The notes: a model not told the origin generated them from the letters alone. 64,000 nucleotides of DNA from Deltaproteobacteria bacterium (GCA_040218735.1 JAVJQW010000046.1:288001-352000), one strand, 5' to 3'; counted from the first letter of the stretch, positions 23,442 through 33,749 are shown. Made by a program: numbers and translations.

Positions 23442-23536
23442 GCCCTCATGCTTGCCACAGGCCTGTTGTCACCGTGGTGACAGCAGAGGTGGTCGACCGC
23501 GTCGAATGCCCGCCGCGGACCCCTCGTTCCACCGCG

Positions 23537-24664
23537 ATGAGCATGACCACTAGCCACCCCGGCGCAAAAACGTTAACGCCATCCGCTGTGTCGAGCGCCG
23601 TCGCCACCGCCGGGGCGCTGTCCCGGTTGCCGCCGCTGAAGATCGGCCCGCACGCGATCGCTTGCCCGGTGATCCTCGCGCCGATGGCCGGTGTTTCGGA
23701 GGCGCCCTACCGCGTTATCGCCGGCGAGATGGGCGCGGGTCTCGCGCCGACGGAGCTCGTGAGCGCGAAGGGCCTCGAGTACGCCAACGCGCGCACGGAG
23801 AACTACCTCAAACACGACCCGAAGCTCGAGCCGCTGTTGTCGGTGCAGATCTTCGGCGGGGACCCGGCGTCGATGGCGCGCGGCGCGAAGCTCGCGATGG
23901 CGCGCGGCGCGAAGATGCTCGACATCAACATGGGCTGCCCGGTGAAGAAGGTGACGCGCAACGGTGCGGGCTCGGCGCTGATGACCGACCCGGCGCGCGC
24001 CGCGGCGATCGTCGAGCAGATGCGCGCGGCGGTCGACGACGCCATCCCGATCACCGCGAAGATCCGCGCGGGCTGGGACCACGACCACAAAAACGCGGCG
24101 GAGGTCGGCAAGGCGTTGGAGGGCGCGGGGCTCGCGGCGATCGCGATTCACCCGCGCACGCGCACGCAGGGGTATTCGGGGCACGCGGACTGGTCGATCA
24201 CCCGGGGACTCAAGGAAGCGGTCTCCATACCGGTGATCGCGAACGGCGACATCTGGGACGTCGACGCGGCGCACCGCTGCGTGGAAGAGACCGGCTGCGA
24301 CGCGCTGATGATCGGGCGCGCGGCGCTCGGCAACCCGTGGATCTTCCGCGAGCTCGCAGCGGTGCACGCGGGGCGTCCGTGTCCGCCGAAGCCGTCACCC
24401 TCCGAGCGTGTGGCGGTGGTGCTGCGGCACCTGTCGGAGAACATCGAACACATCGGGGACGAGGAGCGGGCGATCAAGAAGTTCCGCCAGCACCTCATCT
24501 GGTACAGCCGCGGGATGCGCGGCGGTGGGCCCTTCCGCGAGAAGGCCATGCAGCTCGAGACGCGGGCGGCGGTGGAGGACACCGTCGCGGCGTACTTCGG
24601 CGGCGCGCAAATGAGCGACCAGGACGAGACCCCGATCTACGACGAGCGCACCGCGTTCGGTTGA
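23537..24664 (+). CDS. dusB: tRNA-dihydrouridine synthase B
   Basis: LAPMAGVS, DINMGCPVKKV, GAGSALM, TAKIRAGWD, IHPRTR, PVIANGDI, MIGRAALGNPWIF; start uncertain. Confidence 0.93.
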   Translation: MSMTTSHPGAKTLTPSAVSSAVATAGALSRLPPLKIGPHAIACPVILAPMAGVSEAPYRVIAGEMGAGLAPTELVSAKGLEYANARTENYLKHDPKLEPLLSVQIFGGDPASMARGAKLAMARGAKMLDINMGCPVKKVTRNGAGSALMTDPARAAAIVEQMRAAVDDAIPITAKIRAGWDHDHKNAAEVGKALEGAGLAAIAIHPRTRTQGYSGHADWSITRGLKEAVSIPVIANGDIWDVDAAHRCVEETGCDALMIGRAALGNPWIFRELAAVHAGRPCPPKPSPSERVAVVLRHLSENIEHIGDEERAIKKFRQHLIWYSRGMRGGGPFREKAMQLETRAAVEDTVAAYFGGAQMSDQDETPIYDERTAFG

Positions 24665-24675
24665 GAGGCGGCTTC

Positions 24676-25077
24676 ATGCCCAAGGTCACGTTCAAGAAGA
24701 ACAGGCTCCTCACCGAGGACCTCAGCTACGACGCCGAGGACGGTTCGACGATCCTCGAGGTCGCGAACGCCCACGGCGTCCCCGTCGGATCCAACTGCGG
24801 CGGCGTATGCGGCTGCTCGACGTGCCACGTCTACGTCGTGAAGGGCGAGGACTCGCTCGAAGAGATGTCCGACAAGGAAGCGGACCGCCTCGACCTCGCG
24901 TTCGACGTCCGCCTCGACTCACGCCTCGGCTGTCAGGCGGAGGTGAACGGCGCCGACCTCACCGTCGCGATCAGCGAGGAGAGCCTCAAGGCGTTCTTCG
25001 ACGAGAACCCGGACATCCGGAAGCACTACGAAGCGACGGGTGAGCTGCTGATGATCCCGCACGCGCACTCGCACTGA
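24676..25077 (+). CDS. fdx: 2Fe-2S ferredoxin (ISC/adrenodoxin type)
   Basis: CGGVCGCSTCHVYV and SRLGCQ; GAGAGG RBS. Confidence 0.93.
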   Translation: MPKVTFKKNRLLTEDLSYDAEDGSTILEVANAHGVPVGSNCGGVCGCSTCHVYVVKGEDSLEEMSDKEADRLDLAFDVRLDSRLGCQAEVNGADLTVAISEESLKAFFDENPDIRKHYEATGELLMIPHAHSH

Positions 25078-25081
25078 GGCG

Positions 25082-26530
25082 ATGACGCTCCCGAACACTG
25101 CCCTGTTCGAAACGTTCTTGGCGTCGTGCACCGTGACCAAGGAGCGCCCCAACGGGCCCAGCGAGAGGCTCCGCGACGGTGCGTTCGACGCGTCCGGCAC
25201 CCTGCAGCTCCCGACGTTGTATCTCGCGTACCCGGACGGCCCGCTCAAGCTCGAGTCCGTGCTCGCGCGCCTCTCGAAGTCGCTCGGAGTCGCGGGTGTC
25301 GACGGCGATCGATCCATCGCGCTCGCAGTGCTGGCCCTCGCGACCGAGACGCGGAGGAGCGAGGGCAGCGTCGTCGACCACGTGAACGAACTTCTCTCGC
25401 GTTCCCTCGACGCGTCGTTCACGATGTGGGCCGTCCTTCCGGCGCGGGCGGCGCCCGGTTACCGAGTTCGAATGGGTCCAACGGAGTTGCGCCCTTTCGA
25501 TCCGCAGAAGCTCCGATACTGGGCGAACAAGATCGGGTGTGCGTACCCATTCGAGCTGAGCGAGCTCGCAGGGATGATGTGCGTCGCTCGCGATCGTCTC
25601 GAGACGCGTATCCTCGACTGGAGCGCGGACGCCGCTGCGCTGCGTCGCCTCTACGCCAAATGGGGTGAGTCGTTCGCGACGATGACGTTGCTCGACGACT
25701 ACTACCACACGGTCTTCGAGTACTTCCTGAGGCAGCTGCCGGAGCAGATCCGAGAAGCGATCATGGTGATCGAGGCGGGCGGGATGCTTCACGTCGATGA
25801 GACGGAGCTCCTGACTCACCTCATGACCCGGACCCTCGGACTGTTTCAGTGGCAGGCGGACGGCAAGACACGAGGTTGGGCGGTCGCAACGAGGCGGGGT
25901 CGCATCACCTCGTCGCACCCGGCACCCGAGGTGTGGGCCGAGGTTCGCGCTTGGCTGCGGGAGCAGTTCGAGCTCGAAGGCGACCTTCCCACGACGCGGT
26001 TGGCGGATTCCGTGCGCGCCTACACCAGCTTCCTCCAGAGGGCGCAACGGCATCGTTGGGGCGGTCGACCGCAGGAGGGCTTCCTGCACTTCGTCATCGC
26101 GCTCGATCTCCTGCTCGGGCTCGAAGGGCAGTCGACGCAGTCCGTGTCTGCGCGCACGGCCACGCTCGTTCATCGCGCCTTCGGGCGAACGCTCGGGGAG
26201 CAGAAGGTGATCCTCAAACGCCTCTACAACTCTCGGAGCAAGTACGTGCACGAGGGCCGGCTCCCGCCCGAGGGGGAGGACGACGAGGTCGAAGCGATCT
26301 GCGTCGAAGTCCTATGGGCGCTGCTCGCGGCTTCGCGAGCGGGAGAGGTCGAGGACGTACACGACTGGATTCGTCAGATCGACTTCGTCACGAGCGCCTT
26401 GGACGCGGGACGCACGCCGTCCGATGACGATCTCTCTCGGATTGGAATCTCGCTCGAGCGCCGGGTCCGCCCGAGCCGCGTCGAAAACCTGAGCTACGAT
26501 CCGTTCGCGGTCCTTCCGCGCGCGGACTGA
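25082..26530 (+). CDS. HEPN-domain protein (Apea-like HEPN, C-terminal)
   Basis: FLHFVIALDLLL...SVSARTATL...LKRLYNSRSKYVHEG, containing the RxxxxH motif in typical Apea-like context. Confidence 0.8.
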   Translation: MTLPNTALFETFLASCTVTKERPNGPSERLRDGAFDASGTLQLPTLYLAYPDGPLKLESVLARLSKSLGVAGVDGDRSIALAVLALATETRRSEGSVVDHVNELLSRSLDASFTMWAVLPARAAPGYRVRMGPTELRPFDPQKLRYWANKIGCAYPFELSELAGMMCVARDRLETRILDWSADAAALRRLYAKWGESFATMTLLDDYYHTVFEYFLRQLPEQIREAIMVIEAGGMLHVDETELLTHLMTRTLGLFQWQADGKTRGWAVATRRGRITSSHPAPEVWAEVRAWLREQFELEGDLPTTRLADSVRAYTSFLQRAQRHRWGGRPQEGFLHFVIALDLLLGLEGQSTQSVSARTATLVHRAFGRTLGEQKVILKRLYNSRSKYVHEGRLPPEGEDDEVEAICVEVLWALLAASRAGEVEDVHDWIRQIDFVTSALDAGRTPSDDDLSRIGISLERRVRPSRVENLSYDPFAVLPRAD

Positions 26531-26552
26531 GCCTCACCCTTCGACGAAGAAG

Positions 26553-27398
26553 TCAGGCGGCGCCTTCGAGCGTCTTGCCCCAGCTGGGCGCCGGGCCGTT
26601 GTTGCGCTCGTAGCGCTCCGCCATCCCCTTCACCTGCGAGGTCAGCATCGTGAACCAGTCCATGCCGGGGAGGGCGTGGATGGTCTTCTCGGCCTCGCGG
26701 AGCGGGGCGCGCTCCGCTTCGGTGCCGAACATCGATGCGGCGATGAAGTCGAGGTTGTCCTGGCCGCCGACGCCCGCGCCGACGACGTGGAAGAAGTTGC
26801 GGAGGATGAACGAGGTGAGCTTCTGCGCGAAGCGGTCGCCCTCGAGGCGCTGCTTCGCCTGTGAGTAGTAGAACGCGAAGTGCTTGCGCTCCTGTTTGAC
26901 GATGCGGCGGAGCAGCTCGGCGAGCACCGGGTTCTTGGTGCGCTCTTCGAGCGACTGGTAGGCGGCGCCGGCGGTCAGCTCGTTGATCGCGCCCCACGTC
27001 ATGTGCGCCGCGATGAATTTCGGGGTGATGTAGACAGTCCCTTGGGAGAGGACCATCTCGATGGCTTCCCAGATGGACGTCTGCTCCGTGACCGTCTTGT
27101 AACGATCCGGATCGGAGTAGCCGCACACCTCGAGGAGCTTGGAGATCGCACGACCATGCCAGAGCTCTTCGTAGACCCACACCGACAAGAACGACGTGAT
27201 CGTCGGATCCTTCGCGCTGTGCCCGGCCAGCAGGTCGCGCATGTACAGGATCGTATGGGTCTCGGTGTCGCCCATGTACAGGAGGACGCGTGCCTCCTCT
27301 TCCGTGATGCCGATTCGCCGGCACTCGTCCCAGTCGAGGTCGTCCAGCTTGACCGCGCCGGACAGACCGATGAACCGATCGATGTCGAAATCCGCCAT
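26553..27398 (-). CDS. Ferritin-like di-iron protein (acyl-ACP desaturase-like)
   Basis: TE...WVYEELWHG...INELT...Y...LAELLRRIVKQERKHFAFY: two ExxH di-iron motifs. Confidence 0.8.
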   Translation of the reverse strand: MADFDIDRFIGLSGAVKLDDLDWDECRRIGITEEEARVLLYMGDTETHTILYMRDLLAGHSAKDPTITSFLSVWVYEELWHGRAISKLLEVCGYSDPDRYKTVTEQTSIWEAIEMVLSQGTVYITPKFIAAHMTWGAINELTAGAAYQSLEERTKNPVLAELLRRIVKQERKHFAFYYSQAKQRLEGDRFAQKLTSFILRNFFHVVGAGVGGQDNLDFIAASMFGTEAERAPLREAEKTIHALPGMDWFTMLTSQVKGMAERYERNNGPAPSWGKTLEGAA

Positions 27399-27564
27399 GA
27401 CTCGTGTACGTGCGAAACCGAAACTCGGACTCGCGGCCGGCACCTAAGCGCGTTCAGTCCAGCAAGACAAGCGATGATGGTTGTCGGCGATCGCGCGCCG
27501 GACGACCCTTGTCCGACGCGGTCCGGCGTTGGTAAGGCAGGGGCGGGTTGAAGCCGTGCGAAGC

Positions 27565-28143
27565 ATGAAGGTCATTGTCGGGTTTTCGGCGGTGCTGACC
27601 GTCGCGGGCGGCCTGTTCGGTGGCGTCGCCGAGGCGGGCAACGCCGCCACGGAGAAGCCGATCAAGCGGTTCGTTAACGCGGTGCGCTACAACAAGGACG
27701 CGCTCGCGCTCAAGCAGGTCGACGGGGACGCCCAGGGGCGGGTCCTGCTCGGCGATGCGTGGGCGAAGGGCTCCAAGGCGCAACAGCAGGAGTTCATCAA
27801 GCTGTTCCACCGCATCTTCTCGGCCTCGGCGTTCCCGCGACTGCGGGACAACCTCTCGAAGATCGAGACGATCGTCTACGCGGATCCGAAGAAGGACGGC
27901 CGCGACGCGACCGTGACGTCGACGCTGGTGCTCCTCCACCCGCTCAAGAAGGAGGAGATCAAGGTCCATTACCTGCTGACGCAGTCGAAGAAGGGCTACC
28001 GGCTGGTGGACGTCACCTTCGAAGGTGACCGCTCCTTGCTCACCAACGTTCGCGAGGACCAGATCAAACCGCTCTTCGCCGAAGGCGGCTGGTCGCACGT
28101 CCTCGAGATGATGCGCGCTCGGGTCAAGCAGCTCGACGGATGA
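27565..28143 (+). CDS. MlaC/HpnM-like periplasmic lipid-binding protein
   Basis: Signal peptide; LG..W...S..QQQEFIKLF; YRLVDVTFEG..SL. Confidence 0.82.
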   Translation: MKVIVGFSAVLTVAGGLFGGVAEAGNAATEKPIKRFVNAVRYNKDALALKQVDGDAQGRVLLGDAWAKGSKAQQQEFIKLFHRIFSASAFPRLRDNLSKIETIVYADPKKDGRDATVTSTLVLLHPLKKEEIKVHYLLTQSKKGYRLVDVTFEGDRSLLTNVREDQIKPLFAEGGWSHVLEMMRARVKQLDG

Positions 28144-30635
28144 AGCGCCCCATCCTCGACGCCTGGGTGCGTGCCCTCACGCATCGACCGGGTGTCACCC
28201 TCAGCGTCGTCCTCGCCTTCTGTGTCGCCGCGGCCGTGGCGGCCTCGACGCTCACGCTCGACACGAACCAGCTGAACCTGCTCGACCCCGATCTGCGGCA
28301 GGTGAAGAACACCCACCGCATCACGGACATGAACGGGGGCGCGGGTTTTCTGATCCTCGCGCTCCGCGGCCGTGACATCGAGCAGCTGAAGGCGGTCGCG
28401 ACCGACGTCGCGACCGAGCTCCGCAAGGACGAGGCGACGATCCTGTCCGCGCGCGAGAAGCTGGACGTCGGCTTCCTGAGGAAGAACGCGGCGCTGTTCA
28501 TGAAGACCGAGGACCTCGAGGAGGTTCGGCGGCGCGTGATGGCGAAGCTGAAGGACGTCGTGAAGCGCGCGAGCCCGTTCTTCTTCGAGATCAAGAAGAC
28601 GGAGCCGGTGAAGCTGGAGCTCGACGACATCCTCGCGAAGTACCAGCTCGGGAACCGGCGGATGGAGGAGGACTACAACGTCAGCGCCGACGGCGAGATG
28701 GCGCTCATCCTCATCAAGCCGACGTGGGACTCGAACGAGCTCGAGAAGACGGCGTCGCTCGTCGAGCAGGTGCGCGAGATGCTCGCCGCGTACGACAAAC
28801 GCGACGTCTCCCTCGTCGAGGACTACGAGCCGACGCCCGCCGAGAAGAAGAGCGTGATCGAGTACGGCTTCACCGGGACGTACAAGACCAACTACGACGA
28901 CAGCAACGAGATGACGTCGTCGCTCGTCCCGGTGAGCGGCGTGGCGTTCCTCGGCGTGGTGTTCGTGCTCGTGCTGTTCTTCCGGCGCCAGCTGTTCCTG
29001 ATCGCGACGGTCATCGTGTCGCTGCTGCTCGGGCTCTTGCTGACGTTCGGCTTCGCGGCGGTCACGGTGGGCCAGCTCAACATCATCACCGGCATCCTCG
29101 GCGGCATCCTGATGGGCTTCGGGATCGACTTCGGCATCCACTTCGCCTTCCGGCTGCGGTGGGAGCTGAAGATCGGCAACTCCCTCCCCAATGCGGTCGA
29201 GAACACCGTGCGCAACGCGGGGCCCGCCTCGTTCGCGGCGGCGTCGGGCGTCGGGGCTGCGTTCCTCTCGCTGTGTTTCTCGGACTTCCGCGGCTTCTCC
29301 GAGTTCGGGCTCCTCGCGGGCGTCGGCACGTTCCTCGTCGGCGGGATGATGTACCTGTTCGTCCCGGCGCTGTTGGTGTGGCTGCACGTGCGGTGGCCGG
29401 CGATGCGTCGGTGGATCGGAACGGAGCACGACGAAGACGCGGAGGCCCCCTCCGGTCACGTGTTGGAGCGCCCGGGGATCGTGCTGGCGGTCGCCTCGCT
29501 GGTCGCGGTGGCCATCGCGGCCTTCGCGCCGCGGATCGGCTTCGAGTACAACTCGCGCGCGCTGATGGTGGAGGGGCAGACGTCCGTGCTGCTCCAGGAC
29601 GAGATTCGGGAGCGCTTCGCGATCTCGTCGGACCCGGTCGCGATCTATTCAAAGGATTTGACCGAAGCGAAGGACGTCTACGACGCCCTCCAGCCGCTCG
29701 ACGAGGACCGCTTCTCGACGGTCGACGCGGTCATCTCGATCTACAGCTTCGTGCCGCCCGAGGCGCAGCAGAAGGCGAACGTGAAGGTGCTCGAAGCGTG
29801 GCGCGAGGAGCTCGCCTCCGTCGTCACGGACGAGTCGCGGATCCCGGCGGAGTTCAAGCCGCGCTACGAACAGATGAAGACGATGCTGTCGGCGGAGCCG
29901 TACGGCGTCGAGGACGTCCCGGAGCACCTCGAGCAGATCGTCACGAACCTCCCGTCCGCGAAGCCCGAGAACCACGGCTACCTCACGCTGGTCTACGCGG
30001 GCGTCGACCTGTGGGACGGCAAGATGATGCTCAAGTTCTCCGACGAGCTGGAGACGATCGTCGCGCCGAGCGGCAAGGAGTACCACGCGGCAGGCATCCC
30101 GATTCTGTTCTCCGTGCTCGCGAAGATCGTGCTCGCGGATGGACGCACGACGGTGATGTTCACCGGGGTCCTGCTCGTGCTGATCCTGCTGATCGAGTTC
30201 CGCTCGCTGCGGGATCTGATCGTCGCGCTGGTGCCGCTGACGTTGGGGATGGCGGTGATGCTCGGGCTGATCGTGTTGTTCGGCGGCGAGCTGAACTTCA
30301 TGAACGTCATCGTCTTCCCGATCATCCTCGGGTACGGCGTCAGCCACGGCGTGTACTTGATCCACCGCTTCAACGAGGGCGTGAGCCCGGCCGAGGCGTT
30401 GCGCTCCGTGGGCGCTGCGGTGACGTGCTCGACGCTCACGTCGCTCGCCGGTTGGGGCGCGCTCCTCACGGCGGCGCACCAGGGGCTGGCGTCGATGGGC
30501 ACGGTCGCGTGTTTCGGGATGGTCGCGACGCTCTGTGTGTCGTTCACGATCATGTTGCCGGTGCTCGAGCTGCTGTACCGGCGCCGGGACGCCGCGCCCG
30601 TATCGACCGTCGAGCAGATGAACGATGCGGCGTGA
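28140..30635 (+). CDS. MMPL/RND family transporter (HpnN-like)
   Basis: Two 1+5 TM repeats with large periplasmic loops, GFGIDFGIH and GYGVSHGVYLIHR; ATGA overlap with the upstream gene. Confidence 0.92.
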   Translation: MKRPILDAWVRALTHRPGVTLSVVLAFCVAAAVAASTLTLDTNQLNLLDPDLRQVKNTHRITDMNGGAGFLILALRGRDIEQLKAVATDVATELRKDEATILSAREKLDVGFLRKNAALFMKTEDLEEVRRRVMAKLKDVVKRASPFFFEIKKTEPVKLELDDILAKYQLGNRRMEEDYNVSADGEMALILIKPTWDSNELEKTASLVEQVREMLAAYDKRDVSLVEDYEPTPAEKKSVIEYGFTGTYKTNYDDSNEMTSSLVPVSGVAFLGVVFVLVLFFRRQLFLIATVIVSLLLGLLLTFGFAAVTVGQLNIITGILGGILMGFGIDFGIHFAFRLRWELKIGNSLPNAVENTVRNAGPASFAAASGVGAAFLSLCFSDFRGFSEFGLLAGVGTFLVGGMMYLFVPALLVWLHVRWPAMRRWIGTEHDEDAEAPSGHVLERPGIVLAVASLVAVAIAAFAPRIGFEYNSRALMVEGQTSVLLQDEIRERFAISSDPVAIYSKDLTEAKDVYDALQPLDEDRFSTVDAVISIYSFVPPEAQQKANVKVLEAWREELASVVTDESRIPAEFKPRYEQMKTMLSAEPYGVEDVPEHLEQIVTNLPSAKPENHGYLTLVYAGVDLWDGKMMLKFSDELETIVAPSGKEYHAAGIPILFSVLAKIVLADGRTTVMFTGVLLVLILLIEFRSLRDLIVALVPLTLGMAVMLGLIVLFGGELNFMNVIVFPIILGYGVSHGVYLIHRFNEGVSPAEALRSVGAAVTCSTLTSLAGWGALLTAAHQGLASMGTVACFGMVATLCVSFTIMLPVLELLYRRRDAAPVSTVEQMNDAA

Positions 30636-31200
30636 GCTCCTGATTGCGCTGGTCGCGCTCACCGGTTGCTCGGTGGTGCAGCACAGCCACGTGCGCCCCG
30701 ACTACGACGCCGAGGACAAGCAGAAGACGGTGCGCCTGATCGCGCTCGCGGTGCCGTCCCCGAACGGCGACGCCGCCCGCGGGCGCCTCGTCGCGAAGAT
30801 CACGCAGCGCTACGCGAACCATCACCGAGACTTCGTGGTGACGACCGCGAGCACCGCAGCGTCGCTCCCCGAGGACCGCTGCGCCGACGACATGCACGGC
30901 GTCCTGAAGGTCGCCGCGAAGTACACGGACGGCGACGAGATCGGCATCGAGGCCGAGGCGGAGATGGTGCGCTGCCGCGACGGCGAGCAGGTCTGGGCCG
31001 CGGGCGGCTCGGGCTCATGGCCGAAGGACGACCCGCAGATCTCCCAGGTCATCAAGCAGTACCGCGAAGAGATCGGCGAGGACGTCGCGCCCTACGTGCC
31101 GGCGACGTTCCACCTGCTGCGCGCGCTGCTCGACACGCTCCCGTACCCCGAGCTCGTCGACGACGACCTGGTGCTCGAGAAGATCGATCTCGAGGATTGA
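30625..31200 (+). CDS. Lipoprotein resembling the MXAN_6521/LA_1396 family
   Basis: Lipobox LTG-C; RPDY...DK...RL...RYAN.HRDF pattern; overlaps the MMPL gene. Confidence 0.7.
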   Translation: MRRELLIALVALTGCSVVQHSHVRPDYDAEDKQKTVRLIALAVPSPNGDAARGRLVAKITQRYANHHRDFVVTTASTAASLPEDRCADDMHGVLKVAAKYTDGDEIGIEAEAEMVRCRDGEQVWAAGGSGSWPKDDPQISQVIKQYREEIGEDVAPYVPATFHLLRALLDTLPYPELVDDDLVLEKIDLED

Positions 31201-31284
31201 GGTCCCCGACCATCGGTACGCCGCATCGGTGACGCCTGCGGGTGGGCCCTTGCCGCGGAGCGCCGGCGCGCGGGTCCAAACGAC

Positions 31285-32943
31285 ATGTGGACCCTCCGGC
31301 GCTCTCGGCTCACCCCTGTCTTGGCTTCGCTGGTGTTCTCGGTCGCGTGTGACTGCGGAGACTCCGCGCTCTACCAGCTCGACGCGACGATCGTGGCGAC
31401 GCCGACGCCGCTCGCGTTCGGGACCGTGCTCGACGTGGCTTCGACGCAGGTGCTGACGGTGGAGAACGTCGGGCGGGCGGAGCTGGAGATCTATTCGATC
31501 GAACGCTCCGAGGATTGGGACGCGCGGTTCTCGTTCGCGGCGGAGCCGATACGGCTCGAGGCCGACGGTCGTGTGGAGTGGGCGGTGACGTTCGACCCGA
31601 CGTTCGAGGGGCCCGCGGGCGGGGCGATTCACATCCACTCGAACGACATCGAGACGCCAGTGCTCGTCGTGCCGCTGGAGGCGCTCGCGGAGCGGACCAC
31701 GCCGCCCGCGCCGCCGCAGCTCGTCGTGTGCGCGGAGCGCGCGGGGGCCGCGGCGACGTGCAGCGCGCCGCACACGATCGACTTCGACACCGTGCCGACG
31801 GGGGAGTCACGCGAAGGGGCGATCGTCCTGGAGAACCGCGGTGGCTCGCCGCTGACGATCGCTTCGGCGTCGGTGGTCGCGGCGTCGTCCGCGGTACAGG
31901 TGCTCCCGTCCTTGGCGGACCTTCGGCTCGCGCCGGGCGCGACGGCGGTGCTCGAGGTCGACTTCGCGCCGACGGACGCGCAGCCGCAGAGCGCGACGGT
32001 GCGCATCACGTCCAACGATCCGCTCGCCCCGACGATCGACGTCACCATCCGTGGTCAGGGCGCGACCGCCGGTTGCGGCGGAATCCAAGGGCGCATCTGC
32101 GACGTCAGCGGCAACGGCCCGGCGGCCGGCGCGCGGGTCTACACCGATGCGAGCGGGCAGCGCTTCGAAGCGACCACGGACATGCAGGGCGACTGGTCGA
32201 TGACGTGTGTGCCGGAGGGGACGTGGAGGTTCACGGCCGAGAACGGTTCGTGGAGCACGTCGTTCACCGCCGACGTGATCGCCGGCGAGCAGACGCAGCT
32301 CACGACCGAGCAGTGCCTGGAGCCGACCTCGGCGCAGGTCGCGGTGGTGTGGGGCGAGTGGGACGAGATGGAGCGCATCCTCGACCGCATGGGGGTGACG
32401 TACACGATGTACCGCGACGTCGAGGACCTGGTGGATCAGCCGTCGGTGTTGAACGGCTACGACATCGTCTTCTTCAACTGCGGCTTCGACGAGTGGCGCG
32501 CGCTGCAGCCCGGGCCGATGGCGAACCTGCGCGCGTTCGTGGAGCAGGGCGGCTCGATCTACGCGTCCGATCTCGGCTACGACATCGTCGAAGTCGGCTG
32601 GCCGGCGTACGTCACCTTCGACGGGAACGACTCGATTCGCGACGATGCGGAGTGGGCGCCGCCGTACGACGGCTACGCCAACGTCGTGAACCCGTCGCTC
32701 GCCGCGGCGCTCGGCGGCGCGACGCAGGTCTACATCGAGAGTCCGGGGGCCGCGATGATCAGCGTGTCGTCGCAGACGACGACGTACCTCGACGGCGACC
32801 GCTTCATGGACGGCGGCAATCACCCGATGATGGTCGGCTTCCGTCCGACGCCGACCTCGGGGCGGGTCTTCTACACCGACTTCCACCAGGAGGGCGCGCA
32901 GCAGGTGGAGCGTGTCTTCGAGTGGTTGATCGCGAACCTCTAG
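31285..32943 (+). CDS. Lipoprotein with two ASH/choice-of-anchor D Ig domains, a carboxypeptidase-regulatory-like domain and a C-terminal alpha/beta (GATase-like) domain
   Basis: SVA-CDC; LAFG...TVENVG.A.LEI...FDP...IHSND twice; GRIC...GARVY...TTD..G; YDIVFFNC...LRAFVEQGGSIYASD...GRVFYT.FH. Confidence 0.75.
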   Translation: MWTLRRSRLTPVLASLVFSVACDCGDSALYQLDATIVATPTPLAFGTVLDVASTQVLTVENVGRAELEIYSIERSEDWDARFSFAAEPIRLEADGRVEWAVTFDPTFEGPAGGAIHIHSNDIETPVLVVPLEALAERTTPPAPPQLVVCAERAGAAATCSAPHTIDFDTVPTGESREGAIVLENRGGSPLTIASASVVAASSAVQVLPSLADLRLAPGATAVLEVDFAPTDAQPQSATVRITSNDPLAPTIDVTIRGQGATAGCGGIQGRICDVSGNGPAAGARVYTDASGQRFEATTDMQGDWSMTCVPEGTWRFTAENGSWSTSFTADVIAGEQTQLTTEQCLEPTSAQVAVVWGEWDEMERILDRMGVTYTMYRDVEDLVDQPSVLNGYDIVFFNCGFDEWRALQPGPMANLRAFVEQGGSIYASDLGYDIVEVGWPAYVTFDGNDSIRDDAEWAPPYDGYANVVNPSLAAALGGATQVYIESPGAAMISVSSQTTTYLDGDRFMDGGNHPMMVGFRPTPTSGRVFYTDFHQEGAQQVERVFEWLIANL

Positions 32944-33749
32944 CGCCTCGACCACACGCGGGCGCCGTGTTCATCGAGCTCGGCGCGTCGCTCCCGGAAC
33001 ACGTCGCCGTACCGGTGAAACGGGATGCGCGGCCAGAGGTGGTGAATCAGGTGGAGGTTGTGACCCATCATCGGGACGCCCAACCCCGCGACGTCGTACA
33101 GCCAGGCGTTCGTCCAGCGACGCCGGTCGCCGAACGGGTGGTGCGGTAGCCACGCGAACAAAAACGCGAGCACGCCGCCCGTGAGGATCGCGGGGAGCAC
33201 CCAGAGCGTGAGCACGGCCCAGCCCAAGCCGAGCCACGTCATCACTGCACTGAAGGTGACGAACGCCGCGACGCCCGCCCATGACTTACGTCGCTCGGCC
33301 GACTGATGTGCACCCGGGACCGCGCCGACGAAGAAGTTCCAGTAGTAGCGCGGGAGGAACGTCAGGCATCCGACCGGCGTCCACACGCCGCGAAACCGCG
33401 CGACCCAGTGGTCCGGGTCGCGGCGATCGTGGTTCACGTTGCCGTGGTGACGAAGGTGCGCGGCGCGGAACAGCGCGAGCGGTGCCAAGAGGATCGCCGC
33501 GGAGCTCCAACCGAACGCCACGTCCATCCACGCGCGCTCGCGCGAGCCCCCGATGTTGCCGTGGCAGGCCTCGTGGAGCGGCGTGAACGCGATGTACCCG
33601 GGCACCATCATCGCGATCGTCCCGGCCGGCGTCGGGAGGTGGCCGCCGAGGACGGCCCACCAGATCGTCGCGGTGAGCAAGTGCGCTGCGACGGACATCG
33701 TCACGGCGGGCCAGCCGGTGCGATGGGCTCCGAAGTCTGCGTCGACCAT
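32940..33749 (-). CDS. Membrane fatty-acid desaturase family protein (desaturase 2)
   Basis: His boxes HEACH, HLRHH, HLIHH; TM segments; TAATG overlap with the upstream desaturase. Confidence 0.9.
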   Translation of the reverse strand: MVDADFGAHRTGWPAVTMSVAAHLLTATIWWAVLGGHLPTPAGTIAMMVPGYIAFTPLHEACHGNIGGSRERAWMDVAFGWSSAAILLAPLALFRAAHLRHHGNVNHDRRDPDHWVARFRGVWTPVGCLTFLPRYYWNFFVGAVPGAHQSAERRKSWAGVAAFVTFSAVMTWLGLGWAVLTLWVLPAILTGGVLAFLFAWLPHHPFGDRRRWTNAWLYDVAGLGVPMMGHNLHLIHHLWPRIPFHRYGDVFRERRAELDEHGARVWSRR

